A DNA stretch of 64,000 nt from Escherichia phage vB_EcoM_G50: sequence record NC_054917.1. One strand, written 5' to 3'. The notes below the pieces were generated by a model. That model had not been told where the DNA came from. It saw only the letters and a program-made list of their open reading frames with translations, and ran no database searches. Positions 48,538 to 64,000 of this stretch are shown piece after piece (positions within the stretch are counted from its first letter, which is position 1; the number at the start of each line of letters is the position of its first letter). The position numbers and the translations under genes are program-made.

Positions 48538-51500
48538 CAGTAAAAGCACCTTCAGTCACTAGTCTCAGAATTTCCAAGTTATCCGCAAATCAGGTGCAAG
48601 TACGCTGGGATGACGTTGGTGCTAATTTCTACTATTTTGTAGAAATCGCTGAGACAAAAACAAACTCGGGGGAAAATCTCCCGAGTAATCAATACAGATG
48701 GATTAACTTAGGATATACTGCAAATAACAGCTTCTTTTTTGATGATGCTGACCCATTGACATCATACGTTATTAGAGTAGCTACAGCTGCGCAAGATTTT
48801 GAGCAGTCTGATTGGATTTATACCGAAGAGTTTGAAACTTTTGCTACAAATGCTTATACATTTCAAAACATGATTGAAATGCAATTAGCCAATAAATTCA
48901 TTCAGGAAAAATTTACTCTTAATAATTCTGATTATGTTAATTTTAATAATGACACTATAATGGCTGCATTGATGAATGAATCGTTCCAATTCAGCCCGTC
49001 ATATGTTGATGTTTCATCAATAAGTAATTTTATTATTGGTGAAAATGAGTATCATGAAATACAAGGTTCTATTCAGCAAGTATGTAAGGATATTAACCGA
49101 GTTTATTTGATGGAATCAGAAGGGATTCTATATCTTTTTGAGCGTTATCAACCTGTAGTTAAAGTATCCAATGATAAAGGACAAACCTGGAAAGCTGTAA
49201 AGCTCTTCAATGACCGTGTAGGATATCCTTTATCTAAGACAGTATATTACCAATCTGCGAACACAACATACGTTCTAGGATACGACAAGATTTTCTATGG
49301 CCGCAAATCTACTGATGTTAGATGGTCAGCTGATGATGTCAGATTTAGTTCGCAGGATATAACATTCGCTAAACTCGGCGACCAATTACATCTAGGATTT
49401 GATGTAGAAATTTTTGCCACTTACGCGACTTTACCGGCTAATGTATACCGTATTGCAGAAGCTATTACTTGCACCGATGATTACATTTACGTTGTCGCTA
49501 GAGACAAAGTTAGATACATAAAAACGAGCAATGCACCTATAGATTCTGATCCATTATCTCCAACATATTCGGAAAGACTTTTTGAACCTGATACTATGAC
49601 TATAACCGGAAATCCTAAAGCAGTATGCTATAAAATGGATTCTGTCGGTGATAAAGTTTTTGCTCTTATTATTGGCGAAGTTGAAACATTAAATGCTAAT
49701 CCTAGAACATCAAAAATAATTGATTCTGCTGATAAAGGAATATATGTTTTAAATCATGACGCAAAAACGTGGAAAAGAGTTTTTGGCAATACTGAAGAAG
49801 AAAGAAGACGTATTCAACCGGGGTATGCGAATATGTCAACTGATGGCAAATTAGTTTCTCTATCTTCGAGTAATTTTAAATTTTTAAGTGATAACGTTGT
49901 TAATGACCCTGAAACTGCAGAAAAATATCAGTTAATCGGTGCCGTTAAATATGAATTTCCTCGTGAATGGTTAGCTGATAAACATTATCATATGATGGCA
50001 TTTATAGCGGATGAAAAGTCTGATTGGGAAACTTTTACTCCTCAGCCGATGAAATACTACGCAGAACCATTCTTTAACTGGTCTAAAAAATCTAACACGC
50101 GTTGTTGGATAAACAACTCTGATAGGGTTGTAGTAGTTTATGCTGATTTAAAATATACTAAAGTTATAGAAAACATTCCTGAAACATCACCAGATAGATT
50201 AGTTCATGAATACTGGGATGATGGCGATTGTACTATAGTAATGCCAAATGTTAAATTCACTGGATTTAAAAAATATGCATCTGGGATGCTTTTCTATAAA
50301 GCCTCTGGTGAAATAATTTCTTACTATGATTTTAACTATCGTGTTAGAGACACCGTCGAAATTATTTGGAAGCCAACTGAAGTATTTTTAAAAGCATTTT
50401 TACAAAACCAAGAGCATGAAACTCCTTGGTCGCCTGAAGAAGAGCGTGGATTAGCTGACCCTGATTTAAGACCATTGATTGGCACAATGATGCCTGATTC
50501 TTATTTGTTACAGGATTCGAATTTTGAGGCATTTTGCGAAGCATATATTCAGTATCTTTCTGATGGATATGGAACTCAGTATAACAATTTACGAAATTTA
50601 ATTCGTAACAAATATCCACGAGAAGAGCATGCATGGGAATATTTGTGGTCAGAGATATATAAAAGAAACATTTATTTAAATGCTGACAAACGCGATGCTG
50701 TTGCAAGATTTTTCGAATCACGCAGCTATGATTTTTATTCTACTAAAGGAATTGAAGCATCATACAAATTTCTTTTTAAAGTTCTTTATAATGAAGAAGT
50801 TGAAATTGAAATTGAATCTGGGGCTGGTACTGAATATGATATAATCGTTCAATCTGATTCTTTGACTGAAGACTTAGTAGGACAAACGATTTATACAGCT
50901 ACAGGAAGATGTAATGTTACTTATATAGAAAGAAGCTATTCTAATGGTAAATTGCAATGGACCGTAACTATTCATAATCTTTTGGGAAGATTAATTGCCG
51001 GTCAAGAAGTTAAAGCAGAAAGACTCCCTAGTTTCGAAGGCGAAATTATTCGTGGTGTTAAAGGAAAGGATTTGCTTCAAAATAATATAGACTATATTAA
51101 TAGAAGTCGATCATATTATGTAATGAAAATTAAATCCAATTTGCCTTCTTCCCGCTGGAAATCTGACGTTATTCGTTTTGTTCATCCAGTAGGATTTGGA
51201 TTTATAGCAATTACTCTTTTAACGATGTTTATTAATGTTGGTTTAACTCTTAAACATACAGAGACTATAATTAATAAATACAAAAACTATAAATGGGATT
51301 CTGGATTGCCTACTGAATATGCTGATAGAATAGCTAAATTGACTCCAACCGGTGAAATTGAGCATGATTCGGTAACAGGCGAAGCAATTTATGAACCTGG
51401 CCCAATGGCTGGTGTAAAATATCCTCTTCCTGATGACTATAATGCTGAAAATAATAATTCAATATTTCAAGGTCAATTGCCATCTGAACGACGTAAATTA

Positions 51501-51632
51501 ATGAGTCCTCTATTTGATGCATCTGGAACAACATTTGCACAATTTAGGGATTTAGTTAATAAACGTCTAAAAGATAATATAGGAAATCCAAGAGACCCTG
51601 AAAATCCAACACAGGTTAAAATAGATGAATGA
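48534..51632 (+). CDS. 7: Baseplate wedge protein gp7
   Basis: 1032 aa; gene order and size as T4 gp7; 4-nt overlap with gene 6. Confidence 0.93.
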   Translation: MTVKAPSVTSLRISKLSANQVQVRWDDVGANFYYFVEIAETKTNSGENLPSNQYRWINLGYTANNSFFFDDADPLTSYVIRVATAAQDFEQSDWIYTEEFETFATNAYTFQNMIEMQLANKFIQEKFTLNNSDYVNFNNDTIMAALMNESFQFSPSYVDVSSISNFIIGENEYHEIQGSIQQVCKDINRVYLMESEGILYLFERYQPVVKVSNDKGQTWKAVKLFNDRVGYPLSKTVYYQSANTTYVLGYDKIFYGRKSTDVRWSADDVRFSSQDITFAKLGDQLHLGFDVEIFATYATLPANVYRIAEAITCTDDYIYVVARDKVRYIKTSNAPIDSDPLSPTYSERLFEPDTMTITGNPKAVCYKMDSVGDKVFALIIGEVETLNANPRTSKIIDSADKGIYVLNHDAKTWKRVFGNTEEERRRIQPGYANMSTDGKLVSLSSSNFKFLSDNVVNDPETAEKYQLIGAVKYEFPREWLADKHYHMMAFIADEKSDWETFTPQPMKYYAEPFFNWSKKSNTRCWINNSDRVVVVYADLKYTKVIENIPETSPDRLVHEYWDDGDCTIVMPNVKFTGFKKYASGMLFYKASGEIISYYDFNYRVRDTVEIIWKPTEVFLKAFLQNQEHETPWSPEEERGLADPDLRPLIGTMMPDSYLLQDSNFEAFCEAYIQYLSDGYGTQYNNLRNLIRNKYPREEHAWEYLWSEIYKRNIYLNADKRDAVARFFESRSYDFYSTKGIEASYKFLFKVLYNEEVEIEIESGAGTEYDIIVQSDSLTEDLVGQTIYTATGRCNVTYIERSYSNGKLQWTVTIHNLLGRLIAGQEVKAERLPSFEGEIIRGVKGKDLLQNNIDYINRSRSYYVMKIKSNLPSSRWKSDVIRFVHPVGFGFIAITLLTMFINVGLTLKHTETIINKYKNYKWDSGLPTEYADRIAKLTPTGEIEHDSVTGEAIYEPGPMAGVKYPLPDDYNAENNNSIFQGQLPSERRKLMSPLFDASGTTFAQFRDLVNKRLKDNIGNPRDPENPTQVKIDE

Positions 51633-52629
51633 TTCAAGTGTTATCTATCGTGCGATAGTTACTTCAAAATTTAGAACAGAAAAAATGTTGAATTTTTATA
51701 ATTCAATTGGAAGTGGTCCGGATAAAAACACTATCTTTATCACATTTGGAAGATCAGAACCATGGTCATCAAATGAAAATGAGGTGGGATTTGCCCCACC
51801 TTATCCCACCGATTCTGTATTAGGTGTAACTGACATGTGGACTCATATGATGGGAACTGTAAAGGTTCTTCCATCTATGCTTGATGCAGTTATTCCTCGT
51901 AGAGATTGGGGAGATACTAGATATCCGGATCCATACACATTTAGAATTAACGATATTGTAGTATGTAACTCAGCTCCTTACAATGCTACCGAATCAGGCG
52001 CAGGCTGGTTAGTATATCGTTGTTTAGATGTTCCTGATACCGGAATGTGTTCAATAGCATCTTTAACTGATAAAGATGAATGCCTTAAGTTAGGTGGAAA
52101 ATGGACTCCTTCTGCTAGGTCAATGACTCCTCCTGAAGGTCGAGGAGATGCGGAAGGAACAATCGAACCTGGAGACGGATATGTTTGGGAATATCTTTTT
52201 GAGATTCCGCCTGATGTATCTATAAATAGATGCACGAATGAATATATCGTGGTTCCTTGGCCTGAGGAATTAAAAGAAGACCCGACTAGATGGGGATATG
52301 AAGATAATCTCACATGGCAACAAGATGATTTTGGATTAATTTATCGGGTTAAGGCAAATACTATCCGTTTTAAAGCATATTTAGATTCAGTTTATTTTCC
52401 TGAAGCTGCATTGCCGGGAAATAAAGGATTTAGACAAATATCAATAATCACGAATCCTCTTGAAGCTAAAGCTCATCCAAATGACCCAAACGTTAAAGCT
52501 GAAAAGGATTATTATGATCCGGAAGATTTAATGAGGCATTCGGGCGAAATGATTTATATGGAAAATAGGCCACCTATTATCATGGCAATGGATCAAACAG
52601 AAGAAATCAATATTCTGTTTACATTTTAA
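51625..52629 (+). CDS. 8: Baseplate wedge protein gp8
   Basis: 334 aa; gene order and size as T4 gp8. Confidence 0.9.
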   Translation: MNDSSVIYRAIVTSKFRTEKMLNFYNSIGSGPDKNTIFITFGRSEPWSSNENEVGFAPPYPTDSVLGVTDMWTHMMGTVKVLPSMLDAVIPRRDWGDTRYPDPYTFRINDIVVCNSAPYNATESGAGWLVYRCLDVPDTGMCSIASLTDKDECLKLGGKWTPSARSMTPPEGRGDAEGTIEPGDGYVWEYLFEIPPDVSINRCTNEYIVVPWPEELKEDPTRWGYEDNLTWQQDDFGLIYRVKANTIRFKAYLDSVYFPEAALPGNKGFRQISIITNPLEAKAHPNDPNVKAEKDYYDPEDLMRHSGEMIYMENRPPIIMAMDQTEEINILFTF

Positions 52630-52632
52630 CTT

Positions 52633-52660
52633 AAGGGAGCCCATGGGCTCCCTTTTTCTT
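52633..52660 (+). terminator. Intrinsic terminator after gene 8
   Basis: Perfect 10-bp stem AAGGGAGCCC-aug-GGGCUCCCUU followed by UUUUCUUU. Confidence 0.75.
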
Positions 52661-52668
52661 TATAAATA
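52661..52668 (+). promoter_or_regulatory. T4 late promoter TATAAATA for gene 9
   Basis: Exact TATAAATA 25 nt upstream of the gene 9 ATG, just after the terminator. Confidence 0.65.
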
Positions 52669-52692
52669 CTATAAACTCATAAGGAAACCGCT

Positions 52693-53559
52693 ATGTTCAT
52701 TCAAGAACCAAAGAAATTGATTGATACCGGCGAAATTGGTAACGCTTCTACTGGTGATATCTTATTCGACGGTGGTAATAAAATTAATAGTGATTTTAAC
52801 GCAATTTATAATGCGTTTGGCGATCAACGTAAAATGGCAGTAGCAAATGGCACTGGAGCAGATGGTCAAATTATCCATGCTACTGGATATTATCAAAAAC
52901 ACTCTATCGCAGAGTACGCAACTCCAGTAAAAGTTGGCACTAGGCATGATATTGATACCTCTACTGTAGGTGTTAAAGTTATCATTGAAAGAGGCGAACT
53001 TGGTGATTGTGTTGAATTTATTAACTCAAATGGATCAATATCAGTTACTAATCCTTTAACAATTCAAGCCATTGATTCAATTAAAGGTGTTTCAGGTAAT
53101 TTAGTAGTAACTAGCCCATATAGTAAAGTAACTTTACGTTGTATTTCATCTGATAATTCTACATCGGTGTGGAATTATTCTATTGAAAGTATGTTTGGTC
53201 AAAAGGAATCACCAGCTGAAGGTACATGGAATATTTCTACATCCGGATCAGTTGATATTCCACTATTTCATCGTACTGAATATAACATGGCTAAATTGTT
53301 AGTTACATGCCAATCAGTAGATGGAAGAAAAATTAAAACGGCAGAAATAAATATTCTTGTGGATACTGTTAATTCAGCGGTCATTTCTTCTGAATATGCT
53401 GTCATGCGAGTTGGGAATGAAACCGAAGAAGACGAAATCGCTAATATTGCATTTAGTATTAAAGAAAATTATGTAACGGCGACTATAAGTTCTCCAACTG
53501 TCGGTATGAGAGCAGCAGTTAAAGTTATTGCTACGCAGAAAATCGGGGTGGCTCAATAA
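52693..53559 (+). CDS. 9: Baseplate wedge protein gp9 (long-tail-fibre socket)
   Basis: 288 aa; gene order and size as T4 gp9. Confidence 0.9.
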   Translation: MFIQEPKKLIDTGEIGNASTGDILFDGGNKINSDFNAIYNAFGDQRKMAVANGTGADGQIIHATGYYQKHSIAEYATPVKVGTRHDIDTSTVGVKVIIERGELGDCVEFINSNGSISVTNPLTIQAIDSIKGVSGNLVVTSPYSKVTLRCISSDNSTSVWNYSIESMFGQKESPAEGTWNISTSGSVDIPLFHRTEYNMAKLLVTCQSVDGRKIKTAEINILVDTVNSAVISSEYAVMRVGNETEEDEIANIAFSIKENYVTATISSPTVGMRAAVKVIATQKIGVAQ

Positions 53560-55367
53560 TGAAACAAAATATTAATATCGGTAATGTTGTTGATGATGGT
53601 ACCGGTGACTACCTGCGTAAAGGTGGTATAAAAATAAATGAAAACTTTGATGAGCTTTATTATGAGCTTGGTGATGGAGATGTTCCATATTCAGCCGGTG
53701 CCTGGAAAACTTATGATGCTTCATCTGGCCAAACACTAAAAGCTGAGTGGGGAAAATCATACGCTATTAATACCTCTTCTGGAAGAGTAACTATAAATCT
53801 TCCAAAAGGAACTGTCAATGATTACAACAAGGTAATTAGAGCTAGAGACGTATTTGCTACATGGAACGTCAACCCAGTTACATTAGTAGCTGCTTCCGGC
53901 GATACGATTAAAGGGTCTGCAGTACCAGTTGAAATTAATGTTCAATTCAGCGATTTGGAATTAGTGTATTGCGCCCCAGGACGTTGGGAATATGTCAAAA
54001 ATAAGCAAATTGACAAAATTACCAGTTCAGACATCAGTAATGTAGCTCGTAAAGAATTTTTAGTCGAAGTCCAAGGGCAAACAGACTTTTTAGATGTTTT
54101 CCGTGGAACTAGTTATAATGTAAATAACATCAGAGTAAAACATCGTGGTAACGAATTGTATTACGGCGATGTATTTAGTGAAAACAGCGATTTTGGCTCT
54201 CCGGGCGAAAACGAAGGTGAATTAGTTCCTCTTGATGGATTTAATATTCGATTAAGACAGCCTTGTAATATTGGTGATACTGTTCAAATTGAAACATTTA
54301 TGGATGGCGTATCACAGTGGAGAAGTTCATATACAAGACGTCAAATTAGAGTGTTAGATTCAAAATTAACGTCAAAGACTTCTTTAGAAGGAAGCATTTA
54401 CGTTACTGATTTATCAACAATGAAATCAATTCCGTTTTCAGCTTTTGGATTAATTCCAGGTGAACCTATTAATCCTAATTCTCTTGAGGTTCGTTTTAAT
54501 GGAATTTTACAAGAATTGGCTGGAACAGTTGGAATGCCATTATTTCATTGTGTCGGTGCAGATTCAGACGATGAAGTAGAATGCTCTGTTTTAGGTGGAA
54601 CTTGGGAACAGTCTCATACCGACTATTCAGTTGAAACTGATGAAAACGGCATACCAGAAACATTGCACTTCGATAGAGTATTTGAGCATGGCGACATTAT
54701 TAATATCACCTGGTTTAACAATGATTTAGGTACATTATTAACAAAAGATGAGATTATTGATGAAACTGATAATCTCTATGTATCGCAAGGACCAGGAGTA
54801 GATATTTCCGGTGATGTAAATTTAACAGACTTCGATAAAATTGGTTGGCCAAATGTAGAAGCAGTTCAATCTTATCAACGTGAATTTAATGCTGTTTCAA
54901 ATATCTTTGATACGATTTATCCTATTGGAACTATATATGAAAACGCTGTTAATCCAAATAACCCTGTTACATATATGGGATTCGGCTCATGGAAATTATT
55001 TGGGCAAGGAAAAGTTTTAGTTGGATGGAATGAAGATATTTCGGACCCTAACTTTGCTCTAAATAACAACGATTTAGATTCGGGTGGAAATCCTTCACAT
55101 ACTGCGGGTGGAACAGGCGGTTCTACTTCTGTTACATTGGAAAATGCTAATCTTCCTGCAACTGAAACAGATGAAGAAGTTCTAATAGTTGATGAAAATG
55201 GATCAGTCATTGTTGGTGGATGTCAATATGACCCAGATGAATCCGGTCCAGTTTACACGAAATACCGTGAAGCTAAAGCATCTACTAACTCTACTCACAC
55301 TCCGCCAACATCAATAACTAACATTCAACCATATATTACAGTTTATCGTTGGATAAGGATTGCATAA
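53559..55367 (+). CDS. 10: Baseplate wedge protein gp10
   Basis: 602 aa; gene order and size as T4 gp10. Confidence 0.9.
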   Translation: MKQNINIGNVVDDGTGDYLRKGGIKINENFDELYYELGDGDVPYSAGAWKTYDASSGQTLKAEWGKSYAINTSSGRVTINLPKGTVNDYNKVIRARDVFATWNVNPVTLVAASGDTIKGSAVPVEINVQFSDLELVYCAPGRWEYVKNKQIDKITSSDISNVARKEFLVEVQGQTDFLDVFRGTSYNVNNIRVKHRGNELYYGDVFSENSDFGSPGENEGELVPLDGFNIRLRQPCNIGDTVQIETFMDGVSQWRSSYTRRQIRVLDSKLTSKTSLEGSIYVTDLSTMKSIPFSAFGLIPGEPINPNSLEVRFNGILQELAGTVGMPLFHCVGADSDDEVECSVLGGTWEQSHTDYSVETDENGIPETLHFDRVFEHGDIINITWFNNDLGTLLTKDEIIDETDNLYVSQGPGVDISGDVNLTDFDKIGWPNVEAVQSYQREFNAVSNIFDTIYPIGTIYENAVNPNNPVTYMGFGSWKLFGQGKVLVGWNEDISDPNFALNNNDLDSGGNPSHTAGGTGGSTSVTLENANLPATETDEEVLIVDENGSVIVGGCQYDPDESGPVYTKYREAKASTNSTHTPPTSITNIQPYITVYRWIRIA

Positions 55368-56026
55368 TGAGTTTACTTAATAATAAAGCGGGAGTTATTT
55401 CCCGCTTAGCCGATTTTCTTGGTTTTAGACCTAAAACTGGCGACATCGATGTAATGAATCGTCAATCAGTTGGGTCAGTGACAATTTCTCAATTAGCGAA
55501 AGGATTTTATGAACCAAACGTAGAATCAGCTATTAATGACGTTCATAATTTTTCTATAAAAGACGTTGGTACAATTATTACTAATAAAACTGGTGTTTCT
55601 CCTGAGGGTGTTTCTCAAACTGATTATTGGGCATTTTCGGGAACTGTAACAGATGATTCGCTTCCTCCTGGTTCTCCTGTTACTGTATTAGTATTCGGTC
55701 TTCCAGTTTCAGCAACAACCGGAATGACAGCTATTGAGTTTGTCGCCAAAGTTCGTGTTGCTCTACAAGAAGCTATTGCGTCATTTACTGCTATCAATTC
55801 ATATAAAGACCATCCAACTGACGGTAGTAAATTAGAAGTTACTTATTTAGATAATCAAAAACATGTATTAAGCACATATTCTACATATGGAATAACTATT
55901 TCCCAAGAAATTATTTCCGAATCTAAGCCTGGATATGGCACATGGAATTTGCTTGGTGCACAAACTGTAACTTTAGATAATCAGCAAACTCCAATAGTAC
56001 TTTATCATTTTGAGAGAACAGCATGA
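55367..56026 (+). CDS. 11: Baseplate wedge protein gp11 (short-tail-fibre attachment)
   Basis: Start moved to [20 protein letters not shown] (219 aa), which matches T4 gp11 as recalled. Confidence 0.9.
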   Translation: MSLLNNKAGVISRLADFLGFRPKTGDIDVMNRQSVGSVTISQLAKGFYEPNVESAINDVHNFSIKDVGTIITNKTGVSPEGVSQTDYWAFSGTVTDDSLPPGSPVTVLVFGLPVSATTGMTAIEFVAKVRVALQEAIASFTAINSYKDHPTDGSKLEVTYLDNQKHVLSTYSTYGITISQEIISESKPGYGTWNLLGAQTVTLDNQQTPIVLYHFERTA

Positions 56027-57606
56027 GTAATAATACATACCAACACGTTTCTAATGAATCTCGCTATGTAAAATTTGATCCAACTGGTACAAATTTTCCA
56101 GCAGAGATTACTGATGTTCAGGCTGCTATAGCAGCCATTTCTCCTGCTGGTGTAAATGGAGTTCCTGATGCATCATCAACAACAAAAGGAATTTTATTTC
56201 TTGCCACTGAACAGGAAGTTATCGACGGAACTGATAATACCAAAGCAGTTACACCCGCAACGTTGGCAACAAGATTATCTTATCCAAACGCAACTGAAAC
56301 TGTTTACGGATTAACAAGATATTCAACCAATGATGAAGCGATTGCCGGAGTTAATAATGAATCTTCTATAACTCCCGCTAAATTTACTGTTGCCCTTAAT
56401 AATGCCTTTGAAACACGAGTTTCAACTGAATCATCAAATGGAGTTATTAAAATTTCATCTCTACCGCAAGCATTAGCTGGCGCAGATGATACTACTGCGA
56501 TGACTCCGTTAAAAACGCAGCAGTTAGCTATTAAACTAATTGCGCAAATCGCTCCTTCTGAAACCACAGCTACCGAATCGGACCAAGGTGTTGTTCAATT
56601 AGCGACAGTAGCTCAAGTTCGTCAAGGAACCTTAAGAGAAGGCTATGCAATTTCTCCTTATACGCTAATGAATTCTACTGCTACTGAAGAATATAAAGGC
56701 GTAATTAAATTAGGAACACAATCAGAAGTTAACTCGAATAATGCTTCTGTTGCGGTTACTGGTGCAACTCTTAATGGTCGTGGTTCTACAACGTCAATGA
56801 GAGGCGTAGTTAAATTAACTACAACTGCCGGTTCACAAAGCGGAGGTGATGCTTCATCGGCATTAGCTTGGAATGCTGACGTTATCCACCAAAGAGGTGG
56901 TCAAACGATTAATGGAACACTTCGCATTAATAATACGCTCACAATAGCTTCAGGCGGAGCAAATATTACCGGAACAGTTAACATGACCGGTGGTTATATT
57001 CAGGGTAAGCGTGTTGTAACACAGAATGAAATAGATAGAACTATTCCTGTCGGAGCTATTATGATGTGGGCGGCAGATAGTCTTCCTAGTGATGCTTGGC
57101 GCTTCTGTCATGGCGGAACTGTTTCAGCGTCGGATTGCCCATTATATGCTTCTAGAATTGGAACAAGATACGGCGGAAGCTCATCAAATCCTGGATTACC
57201 TGATATGCGTGGTCTTTTTGTTCGTGGCTCTGGTCGTGGCTCTCACTTAACAAATCCAAACGTTAATGGTAATGACCAATTTGGTAAGCCTAGATTAGGT
57301 GTAGGTTGTACCGGTGGATATGTTGGTGAAGTACAAAAACAACAAATGTCTTATCATAAACACGCTGGCGGATTCGGTGAGCATGATGATTCTGGAGCAT
57401 TCGGTAATACCCGTAGATCAAATTTTGTTGGTACACGTAAAGGACTTGACTGGGATAACCGTTCATATTTCACCAATGACGGATATGAAATTGACCCAGC
57501 ATCACAACGAAATTCCAAATATACACTAAATCGTCCTGAATTAATTGGAAATGAAACACGTCCATGGAACATTTCTTTAAACTACATAATTAAGGTAAAA
57601 GAATGA
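56023..57606 (+). CDS. 12: Short tail fibre protein gp12
   Basis: 527 aa; gene order and size as T4 gp12; Ala/Thr/Gly-rich fibrous repeats. Confidence 0.93.
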   Translation: MSNNTYQHVSNESRYVKFDPTGTNFPAEITDVQAAIAAISPAGVNGVPDASSTTKGILFLATEQEVIDGTDNTKAVTPATLATRLSYPNATETVYGLTRYSTNDEAIAGVNNESSITPAKFTVALNNAFETRVSTESSNGVIKISSLPQALAGADDTTAMTPLKTQQLAIKLIAQIAPSETTATESDQGVVQLATVAQVRQGTLREGYAISPYTLMNSTATEEYKGVIKLGTQSEVNSNNASVAVTGATLNGRGSTTSMRGVVKLTTTAGSQSGGDASSALAWNADVIHQRGGQTINGTLRINNTLTIASGGANITGTVNMTGGYIQGKRVVTQNEIDRTIPVGAIMMWAADSLPSDAWRFCHGGTVSASDCPLYASRIGTRYGGSSSNPGLPDMRGLFVRGSGRGSHLTNPNVNGNDQFGKPRLGVGCTGGYVGEVQKQQMSYHKHAGGFGEHDDSGAFGNTRRSNFVGTRKGLDWDNRSYFTNDGYEIDPASQRNSKYTLNRPELIGNETRPWNISLNYIIKVKE

Positions 57607-59066
57607 CAGATATTGTACTGAATGACTTACCATTCGTTGACGGCCCTCCTGCAGAGGGCCAGAGCCGCATTTCCTGGATTAAAAACGGCGAAGAAATATT
57701 AGGAGCTGACACACAGTATGGAAGTGAAGGCTCAATGAATAGACCTACAGTTTCTGTACTAAGAAATGTTGAAGTTCTTGATAAAAACATTGGAATACTT
57801 AAAACATCTTTAGAAACCGCAAATAGTGATATTAAAACAATTCAGGGTATCTTAGATGTATCTGGTGATATTGAAGCTTTGGCCCAAATAAGTATCAATA
57901 AAAAGGATATTTCTGACCTTAAAACGCTAACCAGTGAACATACAGAAATATTAAATGGAACCAATAGTACAGTTGACAGCATTCTTGCTGATATTGGTCC
58001 ATTTAACTCCGAGGCCAACTCTGTATACAGAACGATCAGAAATGATTTACTATGGATAAAGCGTGAACTTGGACAATACACGGGTCAAGATATTAATGGT
58101 CTTCCTGTTGTAGGAAATCCTAGCACAGGAATGAAGCATCGCATTATTAATAATACTGATGTCATTACTTCACAGGGAATACGTTTAAGCGAATTAGAAA
58201 CAAAATTTATTGAATCTGACGTAGGTTCTTTGACTATTGAAGTTGGTAATCTTCGCGAAGAACTTGGACCTAAACCACCATCATTTTCACAAACCGTTTA
58301 CAGTCGCTTAAATGAAATTGACACTAAACAGACAACAGTTGAGTCTGACATTAGTGCTATTAAGACCTCAATAGGATATCCAGGAAATACTTCGATTATC
58401 ACGAATGTTAATACAAACACTGATAATATTGCATCTATTAATTTAGAGCTAAATCAAAGTGGAGGTATTAAACAGCGTTTAACCGTTATTGAAACTTCCA
58501 TTGGTTCAGATGATATTCCTTCGAGTATTAAAGGCCAAATCAAAGATAACACAACTTCAATCGAAGCTCTAAATGGAATCGTCGGTGAAAACACTTCATC
58601 TGGTTTAAGAGCGAATGTTTCGTGGTTAAACCAAATTGTTGGAACTGATTCTAGCGGTGGACAACCTTCTCCTCCTGGGTCTCTTTTAAACCGAGTTTCT
58701 ACAATTGAAACTTCTGTTTCAAGCTTGAACAACGATGTTCAAAACCTACAAGTAGAGATTGGTAATAACAGCGCAGGAATTAAAGGGCAAGTTGTAGCGT
58801 TAAATACTTTAGTAAATGGAACTAATCCAAACGGTTCAACTGTCGAAGAACGTGGATTAACCAATTCAATAAAAGCTAACGAAACCAACATTGCATCAGT
58901 TACACAAGAAGTGAATACAGCCAAAGGCAGTATATCTTCTCTGCAAGGTGATGTTCAAGCTCTACAAGAAGCAGGTTATATTCCTGAAGCTCCGAAAGAT
59001 GGCCAAGCTTACGTTCGTAAAGACGGCGAATGGGTATTACTTTCTACCTTTTTATCACCAGCATAA
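57603..59066 (+). CDS. wac: Fibritin (whisker antigen control)
   Basis: 487 aa; coiled-coil repeats and C-terminal foldon [27 protein letters not shown]. Confidence 0.95.
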   Translation: MTDIVLNDLPFVDGPPAEGQSRISWIKNGEEILGADTQYGSEGSMNRPTVSVLRNVEVLDKNIGILKTSLETANSDIKTIQGILDVSGDIEALAQISINKKDISDLKTLTSEHTEILNGTNSTVDSILADIGPFNSEANSVYRTIRNDLLWIKRELGQYTGQDINGLPVVGNPSTGMKHRIINNTDVITSQGIRLSELETKFIESDVGSLTIEVGNLREELGPKPPSFSQTVYSRLNEIDTKQTTVESDISAIKTSIGYPGNTSIITNVNTNTDNIASINLELNQSGGIKQRLTVIETSIGSDDIPSSIKGQIKDNTTSIEALNGIVGENTSSGLRANVSWLNQIVGTDSSGGQPSPPGSLLNRVSTIETSVSSLNNDVQNLQVEIGNNSAGIKGQVVALNTLVNGTNPNGSTVEERGLTNSIKANETNIASVTQEVNTAKGSISSLQGDVQALQEAGYIPEAPKDGQAYVRKDGEWVLLSTFLSPA

Positions 59067-59069
59067 CAT

Positions 59070-59096
59070 GGGGCCGCAAGGCCCCAAAGGATTTTT
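59070..59096 (+). terminator. Stem-loop / putative terminator after wac
   Basis: GGGGCC-gcaa-GGCCCC hairpin 4 nt after the wac stop, followed by aaaggauuuuu. Confidence 0.55.
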
Positions 59097-59098
59097 AA

Positions 59099-60800
<1,702 letters not shown>

Positions 60801-60841
60801 TAAATATTATAAACTAATTAAAGCCCAGATTAGGAGAAATC

Positions 60842-63979
<3,138 letters not shown>

Positions 63980-64000
63980 ATATATTAAAGCATATTAAAG

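Overview
This window reads as a contiguous ~64 kb segment of a T4-like (T-even, Tequatrovirus-type) myovirus genome, identified from protein sequences and gene order recalled from T4; no database search was run. Positions 1-43374 are almost entirely minus-strand early/middle genes: recombination nuclease 46/47, a-gt, late sigma factor 55, anaerobic ribonucleotide reductase nrdH-nrdG-nrdD, endonuclease VII (49), thioredoxin nrdC, a long block of small accessory ORFs, rI, tk, regB, a GrcA-like glycyl-radical cofactor, internal proteins, lysozyme e, nudE, an 11-member tRNA cluster, ipI, 57B/57A, and genes 1, 3, 2, 4. From 43422 onward the plus strand carries the late morphogenesis module (53, 5, 5.1, 5.4, 6-12, wac, 13-15, 16, 17). 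The two arms diverge at 43375-43421, where back-to-back TATAAATA late-promoter motifs sit. Compared with T4 as I recall it, this phage appears to lack the nrdD group I intron/I-TevIII, mobC, mobD, segB and denV, and instead carries three extra tRNAs (Tyr, Asn, probable His) and two extra capsid-targeting-sequence internal-protein-like genes flanked by copies of one terminator hairpin. The most interesting candidates for uncharacterised biology are those extra internal-protein cassettes (likely injected anti-defence effectors), an adjacent P-loop ATPase plus Pol-beta-type nucleotidyltransferase pair, a tandem paralog pair, and a run of ORFs with coiled-coil C-termini. Coordinates of CDSs follow the supplied ORF track (some starts adjusted to internal ATGs); coordinates of tRNAs, promoters and terminators were counted by hand and may be off by 1-2 nt.
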